A stretch of 64,000 nucleotides of DNA from Lepidodermella squamata (lineage: Eukaryota > Animalia > Gastrotricha): assembly GCA_047495785.1 (NCBI GenBank), contig JBLDXI010000054.1, positions 1,178,001 through 1,242,000 of the forward strand, written 5' to 3'. The notes beneath the pieces are model-generated. The model was given only the letters and a program-made list of their open reading frames with translations. It did not search any database and was not told where the DNA came from. Below, in pieces: positions 25,363 to 37,170 of the stretch. The translations under genes were made by a program, and so were the position numbers. Position 1 is the first letter of the stretch. Every line of letters begins with the position of its first letter.

Positions 25363-27917
25363 ATGCTTTTCCGACATTTCTCTGTTGACATGATTCAACT
25401 CAGCATTGTGCTGGCCTTTGCTGGCGCCTTGTCAGCAGCTCGATTGAACATGTCGAGCATTATGCCCCAAAGAATCTCTGCTGATACGAGTGATTCACGT
25501 CCGGTTATCAGTTTGCTGGCTGCCTGCAATTATTATGGCCTACCGTCGCTATCCATTGGACCTTTATGCACCGAAGCTATGCGCTATGCTCTCAATAGCC
25601 TAATTAAAATACCGAATTTACTATCGGGGTACCAATTGGTAGTCGATCCTTATGATGACCAAGTATGACGTAGCTTTATTGAGATTTCCATCACTAAATG
25701 TTGACTTCAGTGTAGCAGGCCACCTGGAATTCGTAACTTTCTCAATCAGATGGAGATCAGCGATCGAGTGAAAGATCGATTGCCTGTTATACTCATGTCT
25801 CAGTGCCCGTCTCACTATCACACTGGTCAAATGATGGCAGCATTCAATTACATCGGAGTAAGAATTTGTCGAGCTTCTCTTTTCGTTTTTCAATTCTCAA
25901 TTTTAGATAGCGTCAATGACGTTGATGGATGAGGTAGATTTGCAGCGCAATCGATTTCGAAATTTTTTCGTCCTCTCGCCTACTGTTACTGATAGCTACG
26001 ACGCCATCGGTCAGTTCATGACAAGAATGAACTGGCGAAAATTCGCCCATATCTCTGAAATGTACGGCCTTTTGAACCTCATGGAAATGGAAGCATCTTC
26101 AATACTAGAGGCGAAATACAATCTATCTACCATTGGCACTTTCAAAGTCCCATTTGTCTACAATATTCCCCCAGAATCTGAAGCTGTTAGGGACACAGTA
26201 GAAGAGCTGAAATTATCAGATGCCCGAATCATCTTACTAGGAGCGGTCTACTCGTCGCGTGTCGCGTGCTGGCTCCATCGTTTCAGAATTTTCGGGCCAA
26301 GCTACGTCATTTTGTTACCACAAAGATGTGAATTCTCGACTATCGACCCGTTCCGTTACAATTGGTGCTCGTCGGAGATGTTGAGGGAGGTTTTACAGAG
26401 CGTGATCGTTCATACTCCTGTTACGACCATGGACTTGCAGGACAACAGTAGAATTGATTCACTCGGAAATTCTGGGTTCGATTTTGATCAAGCTATCAGT
26501 TCAAACGTCGATGGTGCTAGGGAATCAGTAAACTGGGCCTTGCGACATCACTTCTACGACAATTTACTTCTAGCAATTCACATTTTGAACAATACAGAAG
26601 CTTCTTTGAATTCGAAGAATCAGTCCTTAAAGAACTGGATAACAAGCGGCTCGAATTTTCGGATTAATGGATCTTTTATATCTGAGGAAATCAAACAAGC
26701 CATATTTTCAACACTGGTAACCGGGAAACTTGGCGAAATCGGTATAGATCGTATTTCTACGAAGAACACAAGGGGAAACCTGGCGTACGGGTTTATGCAG
26801 TACCATGCCACAACATTGGCTAAGCAAACTGTTGCGGCCTTCATGACCAGGGCTCGAAAACTGACTCTCGGGCCTTTCAAATTAGACTGGAGAACAGCTC
26901 GCGGAGATCCCCCGGTTGATTCAATTCGAATCTTACGAGTTGAAAGGCCCATTTTACCAATCGCAAGTTACATCACGTTAACATCAATAAGCTCGGTTTT
27001 CCTGTTAGTTCTCATTGCAATTTCAGTTATTTGGTTATCAAAGTGGAAGACTGACGATGTACAAAATGCTCAGCCATCGTTACGGCTTTTCGTAATTCTT
27101 GGAGACCAACTCTCGCTTATAGCAATAATAATTCAGCAAAGAGCCTTCACGAACGAGTTACGCATGAACTGCATGGCTTCACTTTGTTTAGTTTTTATTG
27201 GTGTCTTCAGCATACTCTATGGTATGGTATCTGAACTCATCCTGGCCTTGAAAATGAGCCATTTCACGAGGAGGAATCGCAAAAAGTCAAGCACAGTATT
27301 TATCCGCTCTACAGCATCTCGATTTTCTGATAGATTTGGCATCAACCGGATTTCAACGATAGGACAATCGTTGGATCAAGACCGACCAATGAAACTCGCA
27401 ATTCTTTCGGGCCTCATCATACTCACTATACTTGCGATTTTGATTATTTCGGCTTTAATATCTGAGCCAATGATAAACAATTTTGTAATCGGTCCTTCAA
27501 CATTGAGCGATGATTTCGCCATTCAAGAAGTGATTTATTCTTGCGTCATACAGAGTTCACTATCGAATCAGATCATTTTCGGTATAATACTTGGTTTCTT
27601 TGGTCTCTTAATTGTTCGAGGTGTCCTTCTAGCCTATGAATTGAGATTGGTGAGCTTTGAAAACTGTCATAACTTAGCTTGAGTACTTCTTCTATCTTTG
27701 ACAGAAGGTTTTACGGCATTTCAGTGACCTCAAGGCGATCATCTACTGCTTCTACGGCACTGTGGTGCTGCTAATTTGCGGCGTGGTTACCTCTGTTTTC
27801 ATTTTCAATGATCAATCTATGCAAAGGCAGGCGATGTCAGTGACAGTCCTGCTCATCGTTCTGTTGAATCTATGCTTTATTTTTGCGAAGAAAAGTGCGC
27901 ATCTAATGAAAATATAA
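25363..27917 (+). CDS. GABA-B-like class C GPCR, paralogue C (3' end uncertain)
   Basis: Same domain plan; introns 25663..25710, 25858..25906, 27650..27704. The TM6-7 exon KVLRHFSDLKAIIYCFYGTV... reads to TAA at 27915..27917, but a further short spliced exon is possible. Confidence 0.85.
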
Positions 27918-28264
27918 ACGAGCCCAGGTAGGATGCGTTTATTCGAAGAAAATCTTTGCGAGACAAGTAACAAGTCAGGTGATGAACTGTTTTGATTTTT
28001 TGTTTTATTCTTGCCATCTTTTTCGACCGCGAGCTTCTCGAATAATAATAAATGGCTATTTTCCCCTGAAAGTGACGTGAACAAGCTAAAAGAAATCTGA
28101 GATTTTCAACGACGCTGACGATATTAAGTAAACAAACTAAACATATTCTGGAATGTTGATGACAGCATTGAGAAAAATGAGTTATCCCAGCTGTGGGACA
28201 AAAATGTTGGGCATACAAAACCTTGAGATGTGACATTGATGGTATCTATAACTAATTTTGTTCC

Positions 28265-31225
28265 TCAGACTTCAGGATTATCGCGATTGGCTGGTGCTGG
28301 TGATATCTGGATTTGTGACTTGCGCTTGCCAGTCTGAGAGCGAATCTTGAATTTTTTAAAATTGTAGCGGAGAACATTTGAGGCACTTTTCAATCTCACC
28401 TGATATATCTTTCGGGCATATAGAAGACCAAGATTCAGCAACACCACCAATATAATATTGACGGAAATCGCTAGACGCTGATCGGCTTGCTCTTTGAAAA
28501 TGAAAGCTGCAACCACAGCCCCACATATCAGCATCAGAACTGTCCCGTAGAAGCAGTAAATAACTGCTTTTAAATCATTCACAGACGCCAAAGTTATCTT
28601 TAAAAAAAGTTAGATACTTTGATTGGAGAGGTGAAGACTTACTGATCTCAATTCAAATGCTAAAAGGGCTCCAATGAGAATTAAAATCGCGAAGGAAGCG
28701 AGGAATATTCCGACAACAGCTTGGACAATGGCTGAATCCCCGAAATCGCACGTGTAGATGATGTCCTGATAAGCAACCTCGGCGCCCAAGTCAATTTCCC
28801 CCAGGGAACTGAACGTCCTTGAATTCGTTATCGGGGCCGCCATGAACCAAATCAAGAGTAGAACAACGTCAACGACGAGAAAAATCATCCCTATAACAGC
28901 CATCTTCTTCATGGACTCGGGTATCGGATTAACAGGTGAATGGCGCTCAGAGTTATTATTCGTAACATACTTCCAGTCCGGTGCCCAAGCTCTTTCCAAC
29001 GAATGCATTATTTTGGCATAACTATGCCAGATATGATGACAATGAGCCATATATAATTTCACTGTCATTCCGAACAGAATGCAACTGATGCCCGAGAACA
29101 GGAATCCGAAAGATGCCATACAAAGCCTGTTGTTGAAGGTGGTGAATTCAGGTCGTTGGATGAAAGATGAAATCAGCATCAGAGAATCTCCGAACAATAT
29201 GAAATAATTGAAAACTGGCATCGATTTCTTGACTATTCTTGATTTACGATTTGAAACCAGAACTATTGATACCCCAATCACATTGAGCAACTCGAAGCAT
29301 GAAACTATGATTATCGATATGTAGTTCCTCATTGGGCTGAGAGGTGACTCGATTTGAACTATTCGCAAGCCATCGACAGGAGGATTCCCACTTGGGGTGT
29401 CCCAATATATTTGCATCGGCCCGAATGTCACAGTCCTAGTCCTGCTCATGAAAACAGCCACTGGCTTCGTAGTAAGTAGGGTAGTATTAGGGATTTGTTG
29501 GTACTGATAGAAGGCGTAAGCGATATTTCCGCCGGTGTTTCTTGTTGTATTCCGCTCAAAGCCGAACTCACCCAGTTTCCCGGTCACACGCGTGGTGTAG
29601 AGCGCTTTCTTAATTTCTGCGACTATGAATGAACCGTTTTTCTTGAAATTCTCCGTAGTTGTTGTCCAATCCAGTAGCGTTTGGTTGAATTTTTTCAGCA
29701 CTGATTCTGTCGAATTGAGGACGAATAGTGAGAGAAGCAACGGGTCGTAGAAATGATAGCGGTCAAACCAACCGACGATTTGAGGATTGATATCGATCAT
29801 CGAATTTACGGCATCATCGAATTCTCGAGCCGAATTGCCTAACGAGTCAGTTTTAGACCATTGGCCTAAATCCATGGCAGTGGCTGCGTTATGCAAGATC
29901 GAGCTTTGAAGAACCTCGCTCAGCATCTGCGTTGTGCACCAACTGAAACGAAGTGGATCTGTTTGCGTGAAAGAAGATCTTTGCGGTATCAAAATAACGT
30001 AGTGAGGCCCGAAAATTCCCAACCGATGGAGCCAGCATGCAACTCGCGATGGAAAAATTGCCCCTAGGAAAATAATTCGAGGATCAACAGTTTTCATTTC
30101 TTCGATAGTAGCCCGGATTTCTTCAGACTCTGGCGGCGTAGGGTAATCGAAAGGTATTTTGAATATTCCAAGTGTTCGTACGTTGTACTTCGATTCTAAC
30201 ATCGTCGATACGTCAATCTCCATTTGATTGAAGATGCCGTACATTTCTGAGATTTGCGCCATTTTCCGCCAATTCATCAGTTTCATGAACTGCCCAACTG
30301 CTTCGTAATCATCGGCAACAGATGGCGATAGATTATACAAATTCTTGAGTAGGCTTCTCTTAACATCAACATCATCCAAAACAGTGAAGGCAGTGATCTG
30401 TAATTTAGTAATGTTGCAATGTTCCGGAAGTTGGTGAGCAATCTTACTGAAACAAAATTATACGCTGCCATCACTTGACCGTTGTAGTAGTGAGCCGGGC
30501 ACGCTGAGTGGATGAGAAGAGGGAACCTTCCATCGGCCTCGTTATTTTCGTCCATTTTTTCTAGGAAGGCTTCGATACCAGCGTGTCTGCTGCACTGTGG
30601 TATATTGGTAAATTAGTCTTCATATCAGTCAGATTTCCGGTCTGATTTAATTTTGCTACGTATTTCGCACTCGAAACAAAAAGAAAACAACTGAAACTAC
30701 GGAAAGCTGTACCTAGGTACGCAGCTGTTTTGAAAATGCTTAAAATCGACGCGCCATGCTGAAAATGATACTTTTTGGCTGAGAAAAATGAAATAAAACA
30801 GAATAAAGTTGTGAAAAATAAATCACTATCTGAGTTTTATCCGAGGCAAGTGAATCGTCTATCCTCTCGTTGAATGAAAAGCCCCCATGTTTGCAATATC
30901 GGAAAAATCAAATTTCAATACCCTCAATTCCGCAACTTACATAGTCGTTGTATACATCGATCACGATTTCGTAATTTCTTAGCAGGTTTGGGACGTTTTT
31001 GATGCTGTCCAGGGCGTAACGCATTGGTTCGGTACATAGAGGGCCGTTATTCAGAGTAGGAGGCCCCCAGTAATTGAGAGAGGCGAGCAATTTTATCACA
31101 GGGCGGGAATTATTCGGGTTGTAACCAGTTCTGAATATGAAGTCTGGCATTGGGCTGTCCATTGATACCTGAGAAGTCAAACTGGTGCGAACAACAACCA
31201 TCAGAAACAGAATAAACATAAGCAT
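28265..31225 (-). CDS. GABA-B-like class C GPCR, paralogue D
   Basis: ORFs 30908..31249, 30283..30555, 28610..30379 and 28265..28591 are consecutive exons. Intron 1 (30595..30940) is enlarged to 346 nt. Confidence 0.87.
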
Positions 31226-32415
31226 TTCGCAAAAGTTTAGTGTACTCAATGAGTGACAAAAAAGACGCGCTCTTCCAATATATAAGTATATATATATTGC
31301 AAGTTACTTGTAATCAAGTTAAAAGCTACGAGTAATTACTTAGAAAATACTAATCGGAATAAACCCCGCAATTTCGTCATTTCAATCACATCGTCGTGTT
31401 GCCCTTAAAAGGACCATTATGGGGAGTACAGCCTAATAGGAGAAAGAGTACATCGCAAGTTTTAAACTACAACCCAATACTGGAGAACCATACATTTTAA
31501 TATATTATTGCGGCGCAACGCGGTTGCATATCTCTATCCCAAAGTGAATATCCCTACCTAAAGATCCAACACAGGACAGAATATTTCGTCGTGAAATTTC
31601 AGGAATTCAGACCAATTATCACAAAAGCTTTTAAAATATTCTCATCAAATGAAAATGCATGGGCGCTTTCCAATATCAATCGTGGGATTCAAGCTCGTCC
31701 GTTTCTACATAGGACCTGATTTACGACTAAAATAATAATTTACTTCGATAAAAAGAGGTGTCTACAAATGAAAATTACCTATACTCACCGGTTTCGGACA
31801 GCCCGCTGAATAGTTGAGTTTATGTTCGGACAGGGCAATTTTTTGATACCCCGCATACCTGACGTAGAAATTGGCCTGTCCAGAATTGATTCATCATTGC
31901 GCTGGAATAGTAACATAAATCGATTGATTTTATTTACACCTTACCTTTCTGCGAGCCTTCCGCGAGCCCCTTTCAAGCAAGGGCCCCTGGTCGCGTGCCC
32001 CGAGTGCCAATGTTGAAACGGCATGGTGATCTATCAATGATAGGACAATTATATCAGCTCAAATTGCTTTCTTTAAAAAAAAATTGCTCTGGATTCCGTG
32101 ACAGTTCTGGCTGTGTATATTATCATTACTTAAGTCATTACGGTACGAAAGGGATAAGGATATATCCAATCGTCTTTACCGCTTTCCACTCTCCCGCCAA
32201 TCAGCATAAAAGGATTTAAAAAAAGGTTAAGTGTGAGCGATTACACGCGATACGTGAAAATGAGAGTACCATTCAGAATTACAGCTGCATTGAATGGGGT
32301 GAGACGGGTGGAAATATTGGAGAAGTTCTGTATCCTATCAATTACACCATTCCCTGCAATTGCGTTTGACAAGCATCATTATATTGTATGCAAGTCTTCG
32401 CAATCGAAATATTGT

Positions 32416-32819
32416 CCGTGTTTTTCATGTGTTGTACGCTCATCGTGCGTGTACGAGAAAGCATACAGCGCGCGTACGACAAATTGCTGAAACACAAAAT
32501 ACAACGCGAAAATCGGCTTTCTTTGATATTCGTAACCGGGCGCGCAGCTCAATTTTCGGACCGGGCCCCACTGACCAATCGAAGTGCTCACGGAATTAAC
32601 GCGTAACTCGAACGCGCGCGCGCAGGCCGAAAGATGCGTAGATCGACGCTCGACGCTCGGTGATAAGGCGCGTCGTACGCCCCCTAGGCGTGCGACGAAA
32701 ACTACATCGTACGTACAACTTTTCCGTCGTATGTACGACGCACATACGACGCGCTGAAATACAGAATACGACGAAAAAGGTGCGCGCACCATCGTACGTA
32801 CAAGACATGAAAAACACGG
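32416..32819. mobile_element. MITE with 23-bp TIRs and CGTACG/TACGAC-rich interior
   Basis: CCGTGTTTTTCATGTGTTGTACG / CGTACAAGACATGAAAAACACGG (one mismatch); TGT on both flanks is a candidate 3-bp TSD. Confidence 0.8.
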
Positions 32820-32964
32820 TGTATAGTATCTCGACATAAGACAGGACACATATTGCGAGGGAAGCCGGAAAGGGTCAAAATTGACGTTTTTTTCATGGCC
32901 TGACACTAATAGCGAGGTAATGCCGATGAGTATTCACAGCTGTTCTTGATAGCGTTCCTGATGT

Positions 32965-33150
32965 CGTTAGCGTCGTTGAATATCTCAGATTTAGGCTTGT
33001 TTACATCCGTTTCAAAGTGACGAGTGACAAGTAAAAAGCGGTTTTTTAACGTGAATGAAGAGGCGAAAACAAAAGACTTTTTACTTGTCACCTCTCGCCC
33101 CGAAAAGGATGTAAACAAGCTTAAATCCGAGTTATTCAACGACGCTAACG
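32965..33150. mobile_element. Hairpin MITE, copy 1
   Basis: Long TIRs CGTTAGCGTCGTTGAATA...TATTCAACGACGCTAACG and 4-bp TSD ATGT. The empty site is visible in the paralogous promoter at ~48910..48924. Confidence 0.88.
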
Positions 33151-33244
33151 ATGTGTTAGCAATTCTTCTGCCCTTGCTCCATACAGAGTTTTTCTGGCTA
33201 TAATAATCGATTCACTTGAGCTGACTTTCGGCTGAGTCGAAAGC

Positions 33245-33448
33245 GGTCAAAATTCACGTTTTTTTTAAATATCCTGACGCTCCTATGGCCTGAAATGAAC
33301 GCTGACAAAAAACGGTTAGTTTATTCAGCTGGCTTTGATGCTCCACCACTATATGTCAAAGCTATAAAATGTCTCCAAATTCTCCCAGGAATAACATCGC
33401 AACATTTCTCATTCTTGATTCTTGATTCTTATCATTCAACCCCAAATC
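33245..33448 (+). promoter_or_regulatory. Conserved proximal promoter of the secreted-peptide family (TATA box at 33363)
   Basis: TGAAATGAACGC...AAAAACGGTTAGTTTATTCAGCTG...TATAAAATGTCTCC recurs upstream of the five family members (e.g. 49125..49211, and on the minus strand near 36210..36300, 54670..54745, 59925..59995). Confidence 0.7.
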
Positions 33449-34435
33449 ATGGCAGCTCGTCTCATTTGCTTATCCATGGCCATCGCCTGTGCCGCCGCGA
33501 TCAACTTCAACCAGGAGAAGTACCATCAGGGGGTCGTCTACAACGGCGAGCAGAAGTGCAAGGAAGTCTGCGAGGCTAAGCAACTACCCATGCACGAGTT
33601 CCACGCCACCGGTGCGGAACAGAGCGTCGGCATTTGCGAGTGCTACATTGCAGCTGCTGATAAGCCTATCGCAAGGGAAATCAGCGACGAACTGCCCGCC
33701 ACTACCAAGTACCATCTAGAGGTCGTCTACAACGGCGAGCAGAAGTGCAAGGAGGTCTGCGAGGCTAGGAATCTGCCCATGCACGAGTTCCACGCCACCG
33801 GTGCGGAACAGAGCGTCGGCATTTGCGAGTGCTACATTGCAGCTGCTGATAAGCCTATCGCAAGGGAAATCAGCGACGAACTGCCCGCCACTACCAAGTA
33901 CCATCTAGAGGTCGTCTACAACGGCGAGCAGAAGTGCAAGGAGGTCTGCGAGGCTAAGCAACTACCCATGCACGAGTTCCACGCCACCGGTGCGGAACAG
34001 AGTGTCGGCATTTGCGAGTGCTACATTGCAGCTGCTGATAAGCCTATCGCAAGGGAAATCAGCGACGAACTGCCCGCCACTACCAAGTACCATCTAGAGG
34101 TCGTCTACAACGGCGAGCAGAAGTGCAAGGAGGTCTGCGAGGCTAGGAATCTGCCCATGCACGAGTTCCACGCCACCGGTGCGGAACAGAGCGTCGGCAT
34201 TTGCGAGTGCTACATTGCAGCTGCTGATAAGCCTATCGCAAGGGAAATCAGCGACGAACTGCCCGCCACTACCAAGTACCATCTAGAGGTCGTCTACAAC
34301 GGCGAGCAGAAGTGCAAGGAGGTCTGCGAGGCTAGGAATCTGTCCATGCACGAGTTCCACGCCACCGGTGCGGAACAGAGCGTCGGCATTTGCGAGTGCT
34401 ACATTGCAGCTGCTGATAAGCCTATCACCGCTTAA
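33449..34435 (+). CDS. Secreted Cys-rich repeat precursor P1 (5 CxxxC-x21-CxC modules)
   Basis: Signal peptide MAARLICLSMAIACAAA followed by five KYHxxVVYNGEQKCKEVCEAxxLPMHEFHATGAEQSVGICECY modules; intronless. Confidence 0.9.
   Translation: MAARLICLSMAIACAAAINFNQEKYHQGVVYNGEQKCKEVCEAKQLPMHEFHATGAEQSVGICECYIAAADKPIAREISDELPATTKYHLEVVYNGEQKCKEVCEARNLPMHEFHATGAEQSVGICECYIAAADKPIAREISDELPATTKYHLEVVYNGEQKCKEVCEAKQLPMHEFHATGAEQSVGICECYIAAADKPIAREISDELPATTKYHLEVVYNGEQKCKEVCEARNLPMHEFHATGAEQSVGICECYIAAADKPIAREISDELPATTKYHLEVVYNGEQKCKEVCEARNLSMHEFHATGAEQSVGICECYIAAADKPITA
33518..34428 (+). repeat. 189-bp coding tandem repeat (~4.8 units)
   Basis: AAGTACCAT recurs at 33518, 33707, 33896, 34085 and 34274; units are almost identical. 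Confidence 0.95.
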
Positions 34436-34789
34436 TTTCGCAAACGCTGCAAATCGATTGAACAGCAGACGGTGGAGGGCAATACTACAGCAGAAACAAG
34501 AGGCTAAGTAAACGACGTGGTGGCGGTTATTAATAAGCCATTTATCTCACAATGCTTAACCTTAACACAAAATGGGTTGAACCCTATTTTGAGAGAAATT
34601 AAACAGTAAAGAGTAAAGGCAAACATTTTCCGTAGTTTTTGAGCGCGAACTACTGGTGGGGCAGATTGTGTTTAACACTGAACATTCCGTATAAGATCAT
34701 TCCTCTCGGATCTTCAACTTCGTGCAGATGGGATGGTGAAAGGATAGGTCACAATCTGCCTTGATGTGCAGGGTGATTTCGACTGAACA

Positions 34790-35220
34790 TGGTTGAATGG
34801 GTTGAATGGCTACAAATTGATAAACCACGGCTTTCCGCCCATACCAATCGCCTAGCTGTTAGATAGGACATTCAGAGTTAGGGTTGGGCACGGCCACTCG
34901 CCAATCTATGCCATTTCTGGAGGAGTTCCGCAAAGATCGCCACTCAGCCCCATCGCCACTGTTCCTACTTCGAGCGCTTAGTGCTCGAAGCCTAACCACA
35001 GGGGGGAACCACTTTATGTTGCCTTTATTTCCTGGCCCCTGCGATTTGAGCGATGTAAGGGGGACCCTTACCTATATCCCAATATCCCCATTCAGTAAAA
35101 TTCTCACCTTCTACACTGAGCTCATATTTATTTTTTGACTAATCATATTCGTGTTTTTCAGCATCACGTATGTCATATTCTTTATTGTTTTACTTATCGA
35201 AAGGAAAAATTTAAAATTGA
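34790..35220 (+). mobile_element. Degenerate LINE reverse transcriptase fragment
   Basis: DRTFRVRVGHGHSPIYAISGGVPQRSPLSP resembles the RT motif GVPQGSPLSP; the boundaries are approximate. Confidence 0.6.
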
Positions 35221-35712
35221 AAATCAATCTGAGTTTTGAAATTTATCAAGGTTATTATAAAATTTATCAAGTTATCAAGGTCCTTAACAATACGGTTGGG
35301 TGGTATTTATGATGAAGCGAGAAGCAATGAGTATGCGCCCTCGATCCTCGATCGTGCTTCGCCCGCATTGCCTAGCAATGTCGAGCGCTATTGCATCTCT
35401 GAGACGCTGTGGGGGACTTAATATGTTCCGAGCGGCGAAGCTCTGAGCCGAATACCCAAGGGCATTAGGGGGCTCTCGTTCTGAATGGACAGATTGGCGT
35501 TGCCTTTTCCCTCTTATCCACTGTGAAATGCGCTCAAAAAGAAATGGAAAGTTATTGCGATCTGTTTTTTATTTCGCTTGAAATAACCCGAAACCAATAT
35601 GCTAAGAATTATGAAAGAGTTAGCTTATCACTAACCTTTACCTTGTCAGCCCTGGGCTCTTCTCATTCAGAGAAACCCATTGCAACCTAGATTCTCTGCC
35701 GTTGTTAGAAGT

Positions 35713-36144
35713 TTAAGCGGTGATAGGCTTGTCAGCTGCGGAAATGAAGCACTCGCAAAAGCCGACGCTCTGTTCCGCACCGGTGGCGTGGAACTCATGC
35801 ATGGGCAGATTCTTAGCCTCGCAGACTTCCTGGCACTGCCGTTCGCCGCTGTGGACAACCTCCTGATGGTACTTCTCCGGGTGGAAGTTGAAGCAGTTGC
35901 AGAGCTCAATGGGGCCCAGGAATTGCGACCATTTGTAGATGGAGGACTGGTTCTGGCACTTCGCGTCACAATCTTCGGCGCTTTCAACGCCGAAGATCAT
36001 GCTAGGGGCGGATAGTTTGTCGCTGTTCTCCACGTAATAGTCGCCCTGCTGGTCGGAGGGCAAGGCGGGTCCGTTGTCGCCATCGACAATGATGGCGGCA
36101 GCACAAGCGACGGCCATAGAGAAGCAAATGAGACGAGCAGCCAT
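35713..36144 (-). CDS. Secreted Cys-rich precursor P2 (acidic pro-region + 2 different CxxxC...CxC modules)
   Basis: Signal peptide MAARLICFSMAVACAAA, then module CDAKC-x18-CNC and module CQEVC-x21-CEC. Confidence 0.88.
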   Translation of the reverse strand: MAARLICFSMAVACAAAIIVDGDNGPALPSDQQGDYYVENSDKLSAPSMIFGVESAEDCDAKCQNQSSIYKWSQFLGPIELCNCFNFHPEKYHQEVVHSGERQCQEVCEAKNLPMHEFHATGAEQSVGFCECFISAADKPITA

Positions 36145-36816
36145 GATGATTAGTTGAATGATAAGATCAAAATCAAGAATCAGAAACGTTGCGATGTTTC
36201 CTGGGAGAATTTGGAGACATTTTAAAGCCTTGACATGGAGTGGTGTAGCATCAAAGCCAGCTGAATAAACTAACCGTTTTTTTTGAGCGTTCATTTCAGG
36301 CCACCGGATTTTATCGAATCTATGAGGAACAGCTGTGAATACTCTCCGCCGTTTACCATGTTATCTTGCTATGAGCAACATTCCGTTTTAAAAGCCGTGA
36401 ATTTTGACCGCTTTTAACTATTACTCTGCCTTACCATGTGTAAGTAACTTGAAGTGAATCGGTTATTACAGCCCGAAAAAAATTATGTCTTTTCATCGCA
36501 AGAGCAGACGACTTGACATTTGACATGGCGCTTGTAAACATTGATGAACTTTTTAAACTATCATTATTTTCTCAGCTTTTCAGTGATGGCATAGACGGAT
36601 GCGGTGGATAGCAAAAATTAACATAAAAAGTGGTGATGATATTAAAAACATGTTATTCTAGACGGTTGATATCACAGCTGGGTAAATAACACAGAACTTC
36701 CTCAGTGCATCTTTTTTATTGGTCATAACACGGGCAAAATCTCTGTCTAATAGTTAAGAGCCAGCCAATGGGAGCGCGCGTGTGCCAGAAACTCAGGCGA
36801 GTTCGAGATCGTAATT

Positions 36817-37059
36817 CAGGGTGCGATCTTCGATCACCCAGCTCCCAGGGATGGGGAAAGTTTTTTCCTGTATTTGCCAAAATACGAGTAATTTCGGCTA
36901 ATAACCGAGCGAAGCGAGAAATTGTTGGAGATTCTCCGCGAAAACACGCCCCAAAATTTTCCAAAATTAACAAAACAGTGAGATAAATTCTCATTTTGTT
37001 GTCTGGCTCGTTCTAGCTGGGGGATGATCCCCTCATCTCCCCCTGAAAGTCGCACACTG
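36817..37059. mobile_element. Short hAT-type MITE, copy 2
   Basis: Homologous to 9694..9955, flanked by (A)TCGTAAT duplications, and absent from the paralogous region near 55200..55250. Confidence 0.85.
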
Positions 37060-37170
37060 ATCGTAATCGCTCGTTACGCATTCTCAATTTTCTATTTAGA
37101 AATCTGCTGCTAGGGGGGCTGGATTGCCGTTAGCAGCCAAACATCCATTCATGAGAATTCCAAATTTTGA

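Noticed and set aside
31440-31750. Possible additional CR1 RT remnant on the minus strand
   Set aside because: Only short motif echoes (YGSPV, DLG-like); too degraded to support.
32233-32906. Cluster of overlapping 60-175 aa ORFs
   Set aside because: They lie within a CG-rich MITE where stop codons are scarce; no protein-like features.
33518-34428. Regular repeat array as a possible CRISPR or satellite
   Set aside because: Units are contiguous 189-bp in-frame coding repeats with no unique spacers, in a eukaryotic context.
36145-36294. N-terminal extension MNAQKKRLVYSAGFDA of P2 (similar ORFs at 33295 and 49130)
   Set aside because: It spans the TATA-containing promoter and is in frame only in P2; the similarity reflects promoter conservation.
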